A stretch of DNA of 64,000 nucleotides, from assembly GCA_965644295.1 (NCBI GenBank), contig CBFFRP010000263.1:310001-374000 (forward strand), read 5' to 3'. Within the stretch, counting starts at the first letter, position 1. Each line of letters opens with the position of its first letter. Below, piece by piece: positions 49,031 to 61,707 of this stretch. The notes under the pieces are model-generated. The model had not been told where the DNA came from. It searched no databases and saw nothing but the letters and a program-made list of their open reading frames with translations. Source of the stretch: Paraphysomonas bandaiensis (lineage: Eukaryota; Protista; Chrysophyceae). The position numbers and the translations under genes are program-made.

Positions 49031-50809
49031 ATGCATGCTTTATCGACATGGCGGATATGGTGTTACTACCGAAGGATAAAGACAGCAGTGTAAAGCAAGC
49101 TTGTTAGTAATTATACTAAAATACAATCCAAGGCGTACGTACGTACTTGTAGCTTGTTGAAGTATATCGCCAGTAGCTATGTGTGTAGCACTGAAATACA
49201 GATTCAGAAAGCTAGAACAATGAGAGTAGATATTAATATACAAAGAAACTAAAAATACAGTGTACGCTAAAGAATATATGATTTGTAGAGTAAAGCATTT
49301 GTGTTGGTGATTGATGTGTTACCACAATCACAGATCTGCAATATCACAATCTTACTCTATATCTCCAATACTAATCAGTGATCACTGCAATTTAGAATTT
49401 AGATTCATATTTTAATAAATTAAGGTACATTGAGGCAGTTTTTCTAAAGTATTACAAGTAAGCACCGTTCACCAACACTAAATAAAACGACGGCAGGTAA
49501 CTGAAACATTAAAAAATAGAACACATGAGGTGTAGTCACCCTCATGAAGTCAAGTCAGCCGCACCTTCATAATGAATGTCCAGTCTATTTCGTTCGGCTT
49601 TTGCCAACGCTGCGACTTGTAGTTTTGCGCTACCAGCGCACTTATCGCTTCCTGAGTCACTGGTGAAGAAAAGTTCTTCTCTTGCTACATTTTATTCATT
49701 CCCTTTCGTATGTATCCCCGTTATTTGCTATCTCAGGATCAATAAAATTTCTGTGTGAGGGTGGACATATCAACTCATCATTTGTTCATTTTTTTTCATC
49801 GTCCTGCTCACTGAATTTTAAATTGGCATCAAGTACCTTTCCACCATACAGTCCTCGTAGTGTTTTGTATTGGCGGAAAGTGGTATTTACTGTATACAGA
49901 TGACTCAGGACAGGACAGGGCAGATGAAGAAGTATGGGGAATTCTTTTTTTAGTGCATTAGAAAAGAGTAAATAGTTAGAATTTCGTATTCATAGGTACA
50001 GCATAATAAATATTTCTGGAGTTCCTTTACAATCATCAATGGTGCCTGTAAGTGAACTTTCTTAATTTACCCCCTTACGATTAAGTCTGAATTTCTTTTG
50101 GGAGTTGGGAAGCCAGTAGACATCGTCAGTGTCGTACACAGTTATGTCTATTGTTAAGGCGTTGCCTTGATCGGTCATAGTTACAGCTTTGGAATACTTT
50201 GCGTTTTTCGGCTTTCTTGTTACTACCGTTATGAAACTATACAGTTCGAACTTGGTTACTGCAGAGCTGGATGATGCTGATGGTGATGACGATGACGGCC
50301 ACGACGACACTCATACATACACTTCACCTTCAGTCCACCTGCACATATGTATGTGTGATAGTCATAACCAAGAATGAACTGAAACATAAGTTCGAACCGT
50401 ATAGCTTTCATAACGGTAGTAAAACGTTTGCCAAAAATTCATTGAAATGCTTGACAAGGACAGGACTTGTAACAGTCAATTAAGTCACAACATCGCCTAC
50501 GAATAGTGAATGTCTTTGGAGGCATATTTATACGAATGATTGATAGTAAACGATAGTGTTATTAACTTTGTTTAATCAGATTACAATAATGCCTTGTACT
50601 GTAATCTATCATTAGTATCACAGACTATACTCTTATAGCCCTTTGGACAATACTTACACTACATTAACGAGATTCGATACATTGGACTGACTATCTAGAT
50701 ATCTGGATATCTGGATATCGTAAGGAACTAGAGTGATTGCGATAAGTACTTTCGTAGTTTGGGATCTTGAAACTATTGTTTGTTGTAATGTTACTTTTAT
50801 TCTAGGTTC

Positions 50810-51323
50810 ACAAACTTTTGTACATATTGAGTGTAAATGCATTTGGACTCATCACCTATTTTAATGGTCCCCATCTTGGATCACAGCAAGATTTAGGTGC
50901 ATTTAGAGATAGCAATATCAGACCTGCCTTTGAGCAAACTTTTAAACGTTTCAATATACCACTTCACGAATTCGCCAAGATTGGCGACAAGATTTTCGTG
51001 CAGCGTCTTCCTTCTTTTTTAGCACTGCTGAAGAATCCTGCACCAGGAGACCAGGAGGAATTTGAAAGGATCGAGAGCACTTGTCGTACTGTGTGGAGTG
51101 GGTCAATGGAAAGATCACTGAAAATTGGAAATATATTACGTATAAGTCACAATTAAAAGTACAACTAAGTGATGTAGCAGTGCATATTGTGGTAGCAGCT
51201 ATATTGACCAATGCGTTCACACTATGCAATGGCGGCCAGACTGCAAATTATTTTAGTGATAGCGAAGGTAATCCTTTTGGTATGGAAATTCCCACGTTGG
51301 AGGAGTGGTTTGAAATCATTTGA
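50810..51323 (+). pseudogene. PIF/Harbinger (DDE_Tnp_4-like) transposase C-terminal fragment, frameshifted
   Basis: GLITYFNGPHLGSQQD, GDKIF, R..VEWVNGKI..NWKYI and VAAILTNAFTL..G.QTANYF are HARBI1-type motifs, split across two frames. Confidence 0.8.
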
Positions 51324-51396
51324 GTTTCAAGTCATATGGTATATATATTCTTTCGAACTTTTATAGTGATATTATTGGTAATTTGTAAAAGTATCC

Positions 51397-51620
51397 CTTG
51401 AGTTTTTCTGTATGGCATGATGTATAATTGTGTAATTGAAATGAGTTAATCGTATGCAATACGTGAATATAGTTGTAAAGGGTGAATATAGTTATAAAGG
51501 AAGTAGGTTCCGTTACTGATATATGTCTACATAAACTATTTATGAGTACGCATAGGATTGAATTGTGAACATAGGATTGCAGTTTGGTTAAGAAATTATT
51601 TCTTGAAAGGACGTCTGTTT
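51397..51620 (+). mobile_element. Diverged LTR relic related to the 41082/44837 copia LTRs
   Basis: Collinear motifs AATTGAA.TGAGTTAA, TGCAATA, GGGTGA.TATAGTTA.AAAGGAA and GTTACTGAT are shared. Confidence 0.6.
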
Positions 51621-51882
51621 CAAAACTAATACTAGCTACTATACAAAATACAATCAAACGAAGCACAAACAATAATACATTTGAATTCATATATAGCGGT
51701 CGAGGTCATAGTAATTGGCGGCAGGGATGTCATTCCTTCTTTGTACATCACATTAAAATATTGTCAAGGCATCAGAACGTAGTAAATAATATATTATATC
51801 ATATATCACAATATACATACATTGCCATCATACATTATGTTTGAGTGTACATACATTGCGGCGTTGCGATTCGATTTTAGCG

Positions 51883-52285
51883 AGCTCAAGTTGAAGTTGA
51901 TCTGCTCGGTCCGTGATTTTTCAATTTCGAGTTGACCACGTTGGCGTTCTCTTTCAATTTCAATATTTTCATGTTGACGTTCTCGTTCAAGTTCTATCTT
52001 CTCATGTTCTGTGGCCACCAGTTCAGGCGAACGCAAGCCAGACACACGGTAAGTTTGGAGGGCGGCTTCGGGGCATCAGAAGGCCCATCTTCAGCTCCTT
52101 CATCACCCACCAAACTTACCGTGTGTCTGGCTTGCGTTCGCCTGAACTGGTGGCCACAGAACATGAGAAGATAGAACTTGAACGAGAACGTCAACATGAA
52201 AATATTGAAATTGAAAGAGAACGCCAACGTGGTCAACTCGAAATTGAAAAATCACGGACCGAGCAGATCAACTTCAACTTGAGCT
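51883..52285. repeat. Long perfect inverted repeat: 176-bp arms (51883-52058, 52110-52285), 51-bp spacer
   Basis: The arms are exact reverse complements; the ORF track shows mirror-image peptides. Confidence 0.97.
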
Positions 52286-52638
52286 TCTTTGGCGGTTTAT
52301 CCTTACCTTAATAAATAGTAAATTTCATACCGTTGTAACAAGGCAAGGTAAGATTATACCATCTACTATATATATACAGATGATATAGTCCTGCAGTGAG
52401 ATAACTATGTATATAGTACATTACTGTCCTTACCAAGAGCACTATCAATGAGGTCCGCTCCCACAGCATATGTCGTCATCTTCTCTCTCGCCGCGCTGGC
52501 TTTGGCAGCTACCGTAGCTTCAAAGAACGCAACCTTAGCTGCACAATAGATTTACACATTCAAGTATGGATATATACATTTGAAACATGTAAACCCATAC
52601 CTGCATGGATGGATTCAAAATTGGACTTAACGTTTGAG

Positions 52639-52875
52639 TATGTAAAGGTATCATAATTTTACTACTCACTGTTTACGACAATGACAGCAGTAATTTACCC
52701 CAGTTCAATGGAAAACATCATAGAATTCGCTGTCAGCTCCTCCCTGGAGCGGCCATCAATTCGGAAAGGGTTTGCCGAGTCCTCTATGCTGACAGCGAAT
52801 TCTATGATATGCTCCATTAAACTGGGGTAAATTACTGCTGTCATCGTCTTGAACAGATTATGATACCTTTACATA
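52639..52875. repeat. Second, imperfect long inverted repeat (about 90-100-bp arms, 50-nt loop 52738-52787)
   Basis: TATGTAAAGGTATCATAAT, ATGACAGCAGTAATTTACCCCAGTT and ATCATAGAATTCGCTGTCAGC each have reverse complements on the right arm. Confidence 0.9.
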
Positions 52876-53388
52876 TGAGCTCTTATCCAGAAATGACTGA
52901 TGTCAACACCACAACACTTATGATATCTTAACATCGAACTGATGTCAACACCGAGCGAGTTCTACTCATTCCAAATGTACAAAATTACGCATCCATTTTT
53001 GTATTTAGGATTGGTTGGACAATTTGTACAAAAAAGCAAAAGTCCTTATCGCAATGCTGTGGTTTCAGGCAAATGCAATATTGCTTTTTTTGGTCCAACT
53101 AGCCCTTCATCCAAAAATGCGAAAGTTTTATCGCAATCACTCACCATATCTTGCTGTATTTTAGATTGCTGTACATACGGAGTGCTGATCCTCTGTAAAA
53201 ATACCACATTTTGAGTGCAATAATATACGTTTTCTAGAGTGAATGGATGTATTTTGACACAGATATCTGCTTGAAAGAACAAAGCAAAGATGTGAAATGA
53301 GATATGGAATAAACAGTCATATGATCGTCACAATGTATCCTCTTTATAGTCCTCAAGCTTCTCTTTTACTATAATTATCTTGAAGCAT

Positions 53389-54615
53389 ATGATTAATTAT
53401 CTGCGTATGCGTTGTATTACATATGAAGGATATAGAAAGACTAACGCTGTGACGATAGTACCACAGATACGAATACCACTATCAACTATTCTACCCCGTG
53501 TAAGCAATGGTATAGTAGTGGGGTTCGTTCAAGAAGGACGCTGTGTGCTTATTGTAAATACTGATAGTGTAGAGATTGCAGAGTTCTTTCCACTGACAGC
53601 TTTATCTAGAAAAAGGATGTATCTTGATCATCATTCAGACTCACCACTACAGGAGAAACGCTTTGTTATTATAGCCCATGAAGATTCATCCGTTGTTGCA
53701 ACTATAGTTACATGTGAGGACTTACTGGATAACCCCAATGGCACAGCTTTTGATGTGAGACTAAGGTTGTTTAGAGGGTGTAGCCTGTTGTACGATAAAC
53801 TTGTCAGTGCCACACTCCGAGGGCATTACATATACAAAGATTACTACCATAGCGAAAACCAGTCTAGTGTTGTGGTTGTCAATGGAGGGTTTCAATTATT
53901 ATTTTTTTTAGTTGAGCATACAGAAACGAATCCTAAATTTCTAAACTGTGGTGTAAGACTTTTGAGAGATTCGTTACGTGGTAGTTGCTTACTTACTCTC
54001 CGTGAGCCTTTTCCTTGTCAGTCAAAATGGGTATGGAGTTCTCTCTCTTCCTGTCGATGTAGAGAGTGTGTGGCTATTGACGGGGGTGAAGACTTAGGAG
54101 GAACAATTGTACAAGTTCAAATTGATTGTGATATTCTTGCAACAACGCTCATCCGACGGTGCTATCCATCTGTGTCCCTAACTCCTTCGAATTTTCTAAG
54201 TGAGACAAGGGTAATTGGTCCATGTGCTGACACTGGGGCAATTCTAGTTGCTCTCGCGGTATCTTTTTGCTATCAAGAGAGAGTTCTATTTATGGTGTGG
54301 CTACTCGCTATCTTGCCCTGGACGTATGAAGCAGCCGTGCTTAAGATTGAAGACCTGGCACAATTCGCTCGACAAAACGGACATGATACTCTACCGCCAG
54401 ATAAATGCTTGAGCAGGGCCTTGCATTTACAGCATGATATTGATAGATATGTGGATTATTTGCGTAAACGAGATCCGCATGTGCTGGGGTGGTGTAATAG
54501 TCGTAGCCGTGAGTTTGTAGCGCCTTCATTGTCCGGTGTCGTGAGAAGTGTGACAGAATTTAAACATCCGTTGACTCCATTTGTGCTGTTCAATGATGAA
54601 TTCGAATATGTTTGA
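53389..54615 (+). CDS. Hypothetical ~408-aa protein, possibly DCAF15-like beta-propeller
   Basis: Long open frame. N-terminal IPLSTIL...VVGFVQEGRCVL and C-terminal SVTEFKHPLTPFVL recall DCAF15-like ends; the family call is weak. Confidence 0.55.
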   Translation: MINYLRMRCITYEGYRKTNAVTIVPQIRIPLSTILPRVSNGIVVGFVQEGRCVLIVNTDSVEIAEFFPLTALSRKRMYLDHHSDSPLQEKRFVIIAHEDSSVVATIVTCEDLLDNPNGTAFDVRLRLFRGCSLLYDKLVSATLRGHYIYKDYYHSENQSSVVVVNGGFQLLFFLVEHTETNPKFLNCGVRLLRDSLRGSCLLTLREPFPCQSKWVWSSLSSCRCRECVAIDGGEDLGGTIVQVQIDCDILATTLIRRCYPSVSLTPSNFLSETRVIGPCADTGAILVALAVSFCYQERVLFMVWLLAILPWTYEAAVLKIEDLAQFARQNGHDTLPPDKCLSRALHLQHDIDRYVDYLRKRDPHVLGWCNSRSREFVAPSLSGVVRSVTEFKHPLTPFVLFNDEFEYV

Positions 54616-55545
54616 GGTGTATATTTGTGAATGTGCTATATTTTTTGCTTCGGTAACCTGCATATTACTTTGGTCACATAGTGTTTTACAGTCGTGGAGT
54701 ATGAAGATACATACGACGTGAATTGTGATTAATATTTCTACTACTACTTGAACAGATACAGTATAAGTTGAAATATCAAAATTACTGCCGCTGAAAGTAG
54801 CACACTACGCTTTCTGGTAGCATACAAAGTACAGAGATCTTGGAATAAAATTGATATAAACACAATTTTTAAACTGAAATATCTGAGAAGATATTCAAAT
54901 AAATATAAAGAAGTAAATTATAATACAGTTACAAAAAAATTAAGTGCTGCAATGGAACCGCAGCTTTCATGTTTGAAACTGAGGAAGGCCTAAAACTAAT
55001 ATAAAACTCCACCAATTCTAAAGAGTTAAAAAATAGCTTGTGCGAAGAAACAATAGAAGGGAAGCGTCAACATTTTGCACGACGAACATATGATCACTAA
55101 CAACACTCATCCATTCAATGACTCTGTGGGGATAAAATGGTGGTATTTTTGCTACCTGTGATATCACATACAGTACAGCCAGCCCCTATCCTTAGTAGTA
55201 AGTCATCTACCGTCTACCTTCATGAGAAACTGATGAAGCACTGTTTAACGACATATACGTCGCTCTGAATACATACATATATTAAGTGGCTATGTGGGAG
55301 TATGCCTACATACATACGAGATGAGAGGGTGTGTGGCTCCTGTACCATATATATATCACTATATCCACTGATACAAACTCATGTAATCTGATGCTATATA
55401 GAGAGCCATAGACTCAAAGACACTCATTCTATATGAGCAACGACAAGATTATGACACACATCTGAGATAATCTCTGTAGCTGTTATGACTACAAAGCTGA
55501 GGTGATTGATACCTGCTGGACACAACTGTACAACATGCTCACACG

Positions 55546-58500
55546 CGTTCTTAACAAAAAAAAACCTACCCACAAATCCTACCTTTTTCAAAACCTCGGT
55601 GGTGAGGTTTTGGGCTTTCGTTTTGCACCGTACTAACAAAAAAATCCTACCCATAAACCAGAGGATTTCGAAAACCTCTGCATTCGTCCACCAGGTTTGA
55701 ATATTTAAACAGTGTACAATAGAATTACTCGATAAATCATTATTATTCGATAGTATAAGGTTAACAATGGACACTTCTTCAGTTTCCAATGACACGGGTG
55801 GGTCTGTTGACCCTCAATAGGAAGCAGATATTGATGATATCGAGTCACCAACTCTTGGAACAATTGAAGGTCGAGGCTTCATCATTGACATATCAGACTT
55901 GAGTGAAGTTGTGACCTAAGAAGCGTTTCGAAGAGGGACTGTTCATTGCTGTTGGTAATTCGGCTCAGTTTTCCATGGTGAGATGAATCTCAGGAGTGAG
56001 TATCTACATAGAAACGTAGACGAGCTGTAGGAGCGTGGTGAAGGAATACAGGCAACAATTTCTGCGCGAGAAAACGAGCAAGGAATTACGGAATACGAGA
56101 TAGATCTTGCGGAGTGGGAGTTCGGAAAGCAGTTCCATCTAGCTGCGTCAATGAGAGCATCAAAGTATAGCCATGAGATAAACTGTTAGCCATGAAAACT
56201 ATTCGTAGTTCGTAGTATATAGTATTCACTAGCTTCAGCTCCACCCCCATCAGTAAATTTTGATGACAGTAGTGTAAAATATGATAGCTAGGATGTTGCG
56301 AACACTCACAGTTGGAAATGTTAACGACTGATGTGATGACTTTGCCATTATTAAAATACTTAACGATATATAACGGTAGTGAATTCAATTGTTGATAGCG
56401 TGGCGAATACATGGTAATGAAAGTGACACTTTTAATAAACAAATGCAATACGTGACGAGGGATATGTATACAGTCACACCTATTGCAACGTGCCCCAGGG
56501 GACATATCTGTGTTGGTCAACATTCAACATAAGGCAGCCAAAGAACTCTAGACTGGTGTCTAATATTTTGGAAGTCAATAATAATTGTTATTATCATCAT
56601 TTTCAGTGTTCTACACTGTTGATTACACACAGTCTCCCTACTCAACATAGTAACACAAATCACAGTCTTTACTCTTTCAAAGGAAGGATATAGAAGGACT
56701 AAATAATAAGTGTTACTTTTTCGGTCCTCTCCAACAAATCTCAGAAGATAATGTGCCATATATATATATCATGCTGCTGGGAGTAGATTTCCTCTTTCAT
56801 CATAGTTAACTCATGATGAATCTTCGGTATAATCTGGAATAAGTTGTTAGAGATAAGTTTGTATCGTCGACAGAGGATCGCCAACAGAGCGATCCTGAGT
56901 TCATTGCGATTCAGTATATACTATTCCCCATAGTACAGGTGGCATATAGTAATAGAAAAGGTTTGCTCAAATTTACCGCACTCCTTCGTCAGTGTCCAGC
57001 CCATAATATGGATCTTCAATACCAGACACTTCTTCACCACTATCACTGTCAACGTCCTTCATTAGCACATCCATGGTCAAGGGCTAAACCAGTTATAATA
57101 TGTGTTTAGTGTGCTCTATTTGTTGTATAATATCGATTCATATGGTACATCGACCAGACCATAGGTTTTGGACCCGAGGTTTTGAAGGACCACCCGGATG
57201 GTCGTTCAAAACCTCACCCCCCCATTTTTGGGTAGGTTTTGAAAACTCGTACTTTTATGCTACTCAGCCGTTACAAAATATGGCTGTGTGCTATTGTGAT
57301 AACATGTTTTTTGATGTTTCGTTTATGGTTCATATGAAAATCCACGTACAATTCGACTGTTGTTTCTGTATAGGGGAAATATGCTACTTTTAAATCACTG
57401 TAGGATTGTATAGGAGCAATACATATAGGATTGTACAGTACAGCAGTAGTGTATGGGATTGTACAGTGCAGGATGAACCATATGTATATATATATATAGA
57501 ATCTAGCTGTTATAGAACCATATCTATATATGAATACGATATACGTCATCCTGTCATTTAACCTCACAGTGAAGTAAGTAGAATACGATACAGTGCCATG
57601 TGGTCATTTGAGGTCACAATGAAGTAAGTATAGTACGATGCAGTGTGCTGTGTATTATTAATGGCATTATATATCCAGCAATATATAAGAGGAGCCTCTG
57701 ATACATAGTCCGTATGATCCTGAGGCATGAGTGTATAACTAGAGTGAAGAGCATTGTGTTTACGCTGAGAGTGTAAGGTGTGTATGTGTGTATTGTGTTG
57801 CTTTATTATTGATTGATGAGGTGTGAATGATGGTATGATGTCCCCATAGTGAGATGATCATATGTGGAGGTGCTAACTGTAGCTTACAGTACGGAACTAC
57901 TGCAGCATCCCTGAACATATATTATATATATGATATACCATTCATCCTGTCATTTGAGGTCACAATGAAGTAAGTATAGTACGATGCAGTGTGCTGTGTA
58001 TTATTAATGGCATTATATATCCAGCAATATATAAGAGGAGCCTCTGATGCATAGTCCGTATGATCCTGAGGCATGAGTGTATAACTAGAGTGAAGAGCAT
58101 TGTGTTTACGCTGAGAGTGTAAGGTGTGTATGTGTGTGTTGTGCAGCTTTTATTATTGTTTGATTATTATTACTTTTTTCAAATTAATTGAAGCTTGCTG
58201 ATATCTTACTTTCTAATTTTTATTTTGTTGGCTATGGTATTTATATTAATTGTAGCGGGTCGTTTAGGGTAGACATCGTACAGATCCTGTAGCAACTTAG
58301 TGTAGGCAGAATCGTACACTTCTTGTTCGTTGTCCCTTGTTATATCTTGTGCCCGAGTGATTTTGTTGTCGTGGATAGCTATGTCAAGTAGTTTTGACAT
58401 AACTTTTTTGCAACGGCTAAAGTTATTTCTGCAGGCTCTGGTTACTAGATCCACTGATGGTGCAATGAATCTATATGGACCAATGGCCATATATTTTTTT

Positions 58501-61334
58501 TTTTGATATAGATTTTTTTAGGGCTTCGTCCATTCCACCTGGCCATGGTGATCCTATTTTGTCCATGTCAGGACGATCGTAACAGTGCCACCATTTAAGG
58601 GCTGACTTATAGTTTTGATAAGTCTGTGCACTAACCGTTACTTTATTTGCAGCAGGGTTGTGAGTGTCAACTACAGCAGGATCATCAAGGTTCTCCACTG
58701 GGTCTTGCCCACCGTGTTTCCGCTTCTTTGGTAATGTGGTGTCTACAGAAATTTTTGCGAACAAGAGTTTAGCTGTTTGTACTGCCATTGGAAGTTTCAG
58801 TTTGAGAACATCTTTGGCTAGTCCAGTATGTTTCCTTGCCACTCCAGTCTCATCGACATCAAGAGCCACTTCACGTAACCCCTCAATGTCATTGATGAGT
58901 CTGGTCATAGTTCGGCAGCGGCTCAAATAGTCTCTCATTGAAGAATTTAGAATATTTCGTTCCTGCTGACCTTGCACTACCAAGCACAAGTCTTCCATCA
59001 CGATGATAGTAATTCAATTGAAATGTGAAATAGCTCAAATTGCTTAATACTGATAGTGTGTTAACCGCTATAGTTATGGACACTTTTAGACATCAAGCTA
59101 TGGCGATAACAGCACTAGCCTATAAATACACTGTACTACACAATACTGAGCTGTATAATACGGTACTGAACTGTATAATAGAATACTGATCTGTATAATA
59201 GAATAATGTAGATTGTGGTTTACAATTAGCACGATTTCGACCGTTTACTAAAACTCGTACTTTTATGCTACTCAGCCGTTACAAAATATGGCTGTGTGCT
59301 ATTGTGATAACATGTTTTTTGATGTTTCGTTTATGGTTCATATGAAAATCCACGTACAATTCGACTGTTGTTTCTGTATAGGGGAAATATGCTACTTTTA
59401 AATCACTGTAGGATTGTATAGGAGCAATACATATAGGATTGTACAGTACAGCAGTAGTGTATGGGATTGTACAGTGCAGGATGAACCATATGTATATATA
59501 TATATAGAATCTAGCTGTTATAGAACCATATCTATATATGAATACGATATACGTCATCCTGTCATTTAACCTCACAGTGAAGTAAGTAGAATACGATACA
59601 GTGCCATGTGGTCATTTGAGGTCACAATGAAGTAAGTATAGTACGATGCAGTGTGCTGTGTATTATTAATGGCATTATATATCCAGCAATATATAAGAGG
59701 AGCCTCTGATACATAGTCCGTATGATCCTGAGGCATGAGTGTATAACTAGAGTGAAGAGCATTGTGTTTACGCTGAGAGTGTAAGGTGTGTATGTGTGTA
59801 TTGTGTTGCTTTATTATTGATTGATGAGGTGTGAATGATGGTATGATGTCCCCATAGTGAGATGATCATATGTGGAGGTGCTAACTGTAGCTTACAGTAC
59901 GGAACTACTGCAGCATCCCTGAACATATATTATATATATGATATACCATTCATCCTGTCATTTGAGGTCACAATGAAGTAAGTATAGTACGATGCAGTGT
60001 GCTGTGTATTATTAATGGCATTATATATCCAGCAATATATAAGAGGAGCCTCTGATGCATAGTCCGTATGATCCTGAGGCATGAGTGTATAACTAGAGTG
60101 AAGAGCATTGTGTTTACGCTGAGAGTGTAAGGTGTGTATGTGTGTGTTGTGCAGCTTTTATTATTGTTTGATTATTATTACTTTTTTCAAATTAATTGAA
60201 GCTTGCTGATATCTTACTTTCTAATTTTTATTTTGTTGGCTATGGTATTTATATTAATTGTAGCGGGTCGTTTAGGGTAGACATCGTACAGATCCTGTAG
60301 CAACTTAGTGTAGGCAGAATCGTACACTTCTTGTTCGTTGTCCCTTGTTATATCTTGTGCCCGAGTGATTTTGTTGTCGTGGATAGCTATGTCAAGTAGT
60401 TTTGACATAACTTTTTTGCAACGGCTAAAGTTATTTCTGCAGGCTCTGGTTACTAGATCCACTGATGGTGCAATGAATCTATATGGACCAATGGCCATAT
60501 ATTTTTTTTTTTGATATAGATTTTTTTAGGGCTTCGTCCATTCCACCTGGCCATGGTGATCCTATTTTGTCCATGTCAGGACGATCGTAACAGTGCCACC
60601 ATTTAAGGGCTGACTTATAGTTTTGATAAGTCTGTGCACTAACCGTTACTTTATTTGCAGCAGGGTTGTGAGTGTCAACTACAGCAGGATCATCAAGGTT
60701 CTCCACTGGGTCTTGCCCACCGTGTTTCCGCTTCTTTGGTAATGTGGTGTCTACAGAAATTTTTGCGAACAAGAGTTTAGCTGTTTGTACTGCCATTGGA
60801 AGTTTCAGTTTGAGAACATCTTTGGCTAGTCCAGTATGTTTCCTTGCCACTCCAGTCTCATCGACATCAAGAGCCACTTCACGTAACCCCTCAATGTCAT
60901 TGATGAGTCTGGTCATAGTTCGGCAGCGGCTCAAATAGTCTCTCATTGAAGAATTTAGAATATTTCGTTCCTGCTGACCTTGCACTACCAAGCACAAGTC
61001 TTCCATCACGATGATAGTAATTCAATTGAAATGTGAAATAGCTCAAATTGCTTAATACTGATAGTGTGTTAACCGCTATAGTTATGGACACTTTTAGACA
61101 TCAAGCTATGGCGATAACAGCACTAGCCTATAAATACACTGTACTACACAATACTGAGCTGTATAATACGGTACTGAACTGTATAATAGAATACTGATCT
61201 GTATAATAGAATAATGTAGATTGTGGTTTACAATTAGCACGATTTCGACCGTTTACTAAAACCTCCTATGGGTAGGTTTTGTAAAAGGTAGGATTTTTCC
61301 GAGGTTTTTTGGTAGGTTTTTTTTGTTAAGAACG
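55546..61334. mobile_element. TIR DNA element with multiple subterminal AAAACCT(AC)C repeats and a decayed interior; hosts the nested Crypton dimer
   Basis: CGTTCTTAAC-A9-CCTACC at 55546 and its reverse complement ending at 61334. The subterminal repeat arrays at 57160-57245 and 61258-61320 rejoin when the insert is removed. Superfamily not determined. Confidence 0.75.
57242..61262 (-). mobile_element. Head-to-tail dimer of an apparently identical 2008-bp non-autonomous Crypton-like element
   Basis: ORF pairs offset by exactly 2008. N-terminal Crypton-like region (LKLPM...VSAQTYQNYKSALKWW) joined to a GCR1-like C-terminus (IGPYRFI...FSRCKKVM). AAAAC at 57242, 59250 and 61258. Confidence 0.8.
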
Positions 61335-61342
61335 GCTGTCAG

Positions 61343-61640
61343 TGTATGTATGTATGTATGTATGTATGTATGTATGTATGTATGTATGTATGTATGTATG
61401 TATGTATGTATGTATGTATGTATGTATGTATGTAGGTATGTATGTATGTAGGTATGTATGTATGTATGTATGTATGTATGTATGTATGTATGTATGTATG
61501 TATGTATGTATGTATGTATGTATGTATGTATGTATGTATGTATGTATGTATGTATGTATGTATGTATGTATGTATGTATGTATGTATGTATGTATGTATG
61601 TATGTATGTATGTATGTATGTATGTATGTATGTATGTATG
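61343..61640. repeat. (TATG)n microsatellite, about 74 units
   Basis: Directly visible, with two TAGG interruptions. Confidence 0.99.
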
Positions 61641-61707
61641 GTTTAGTTCAGCATGGATGCATTAGTTTATATAGTCACTCTCTATCCACTCACTTTAACA
61701 TCCTCAA

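Noticed and set aside
49540-50310. Possible minus-strand multi-exon gene
   Set aside because: Coding-like stretches are present, but I could not build a consistent spliced model or recognise a domain.
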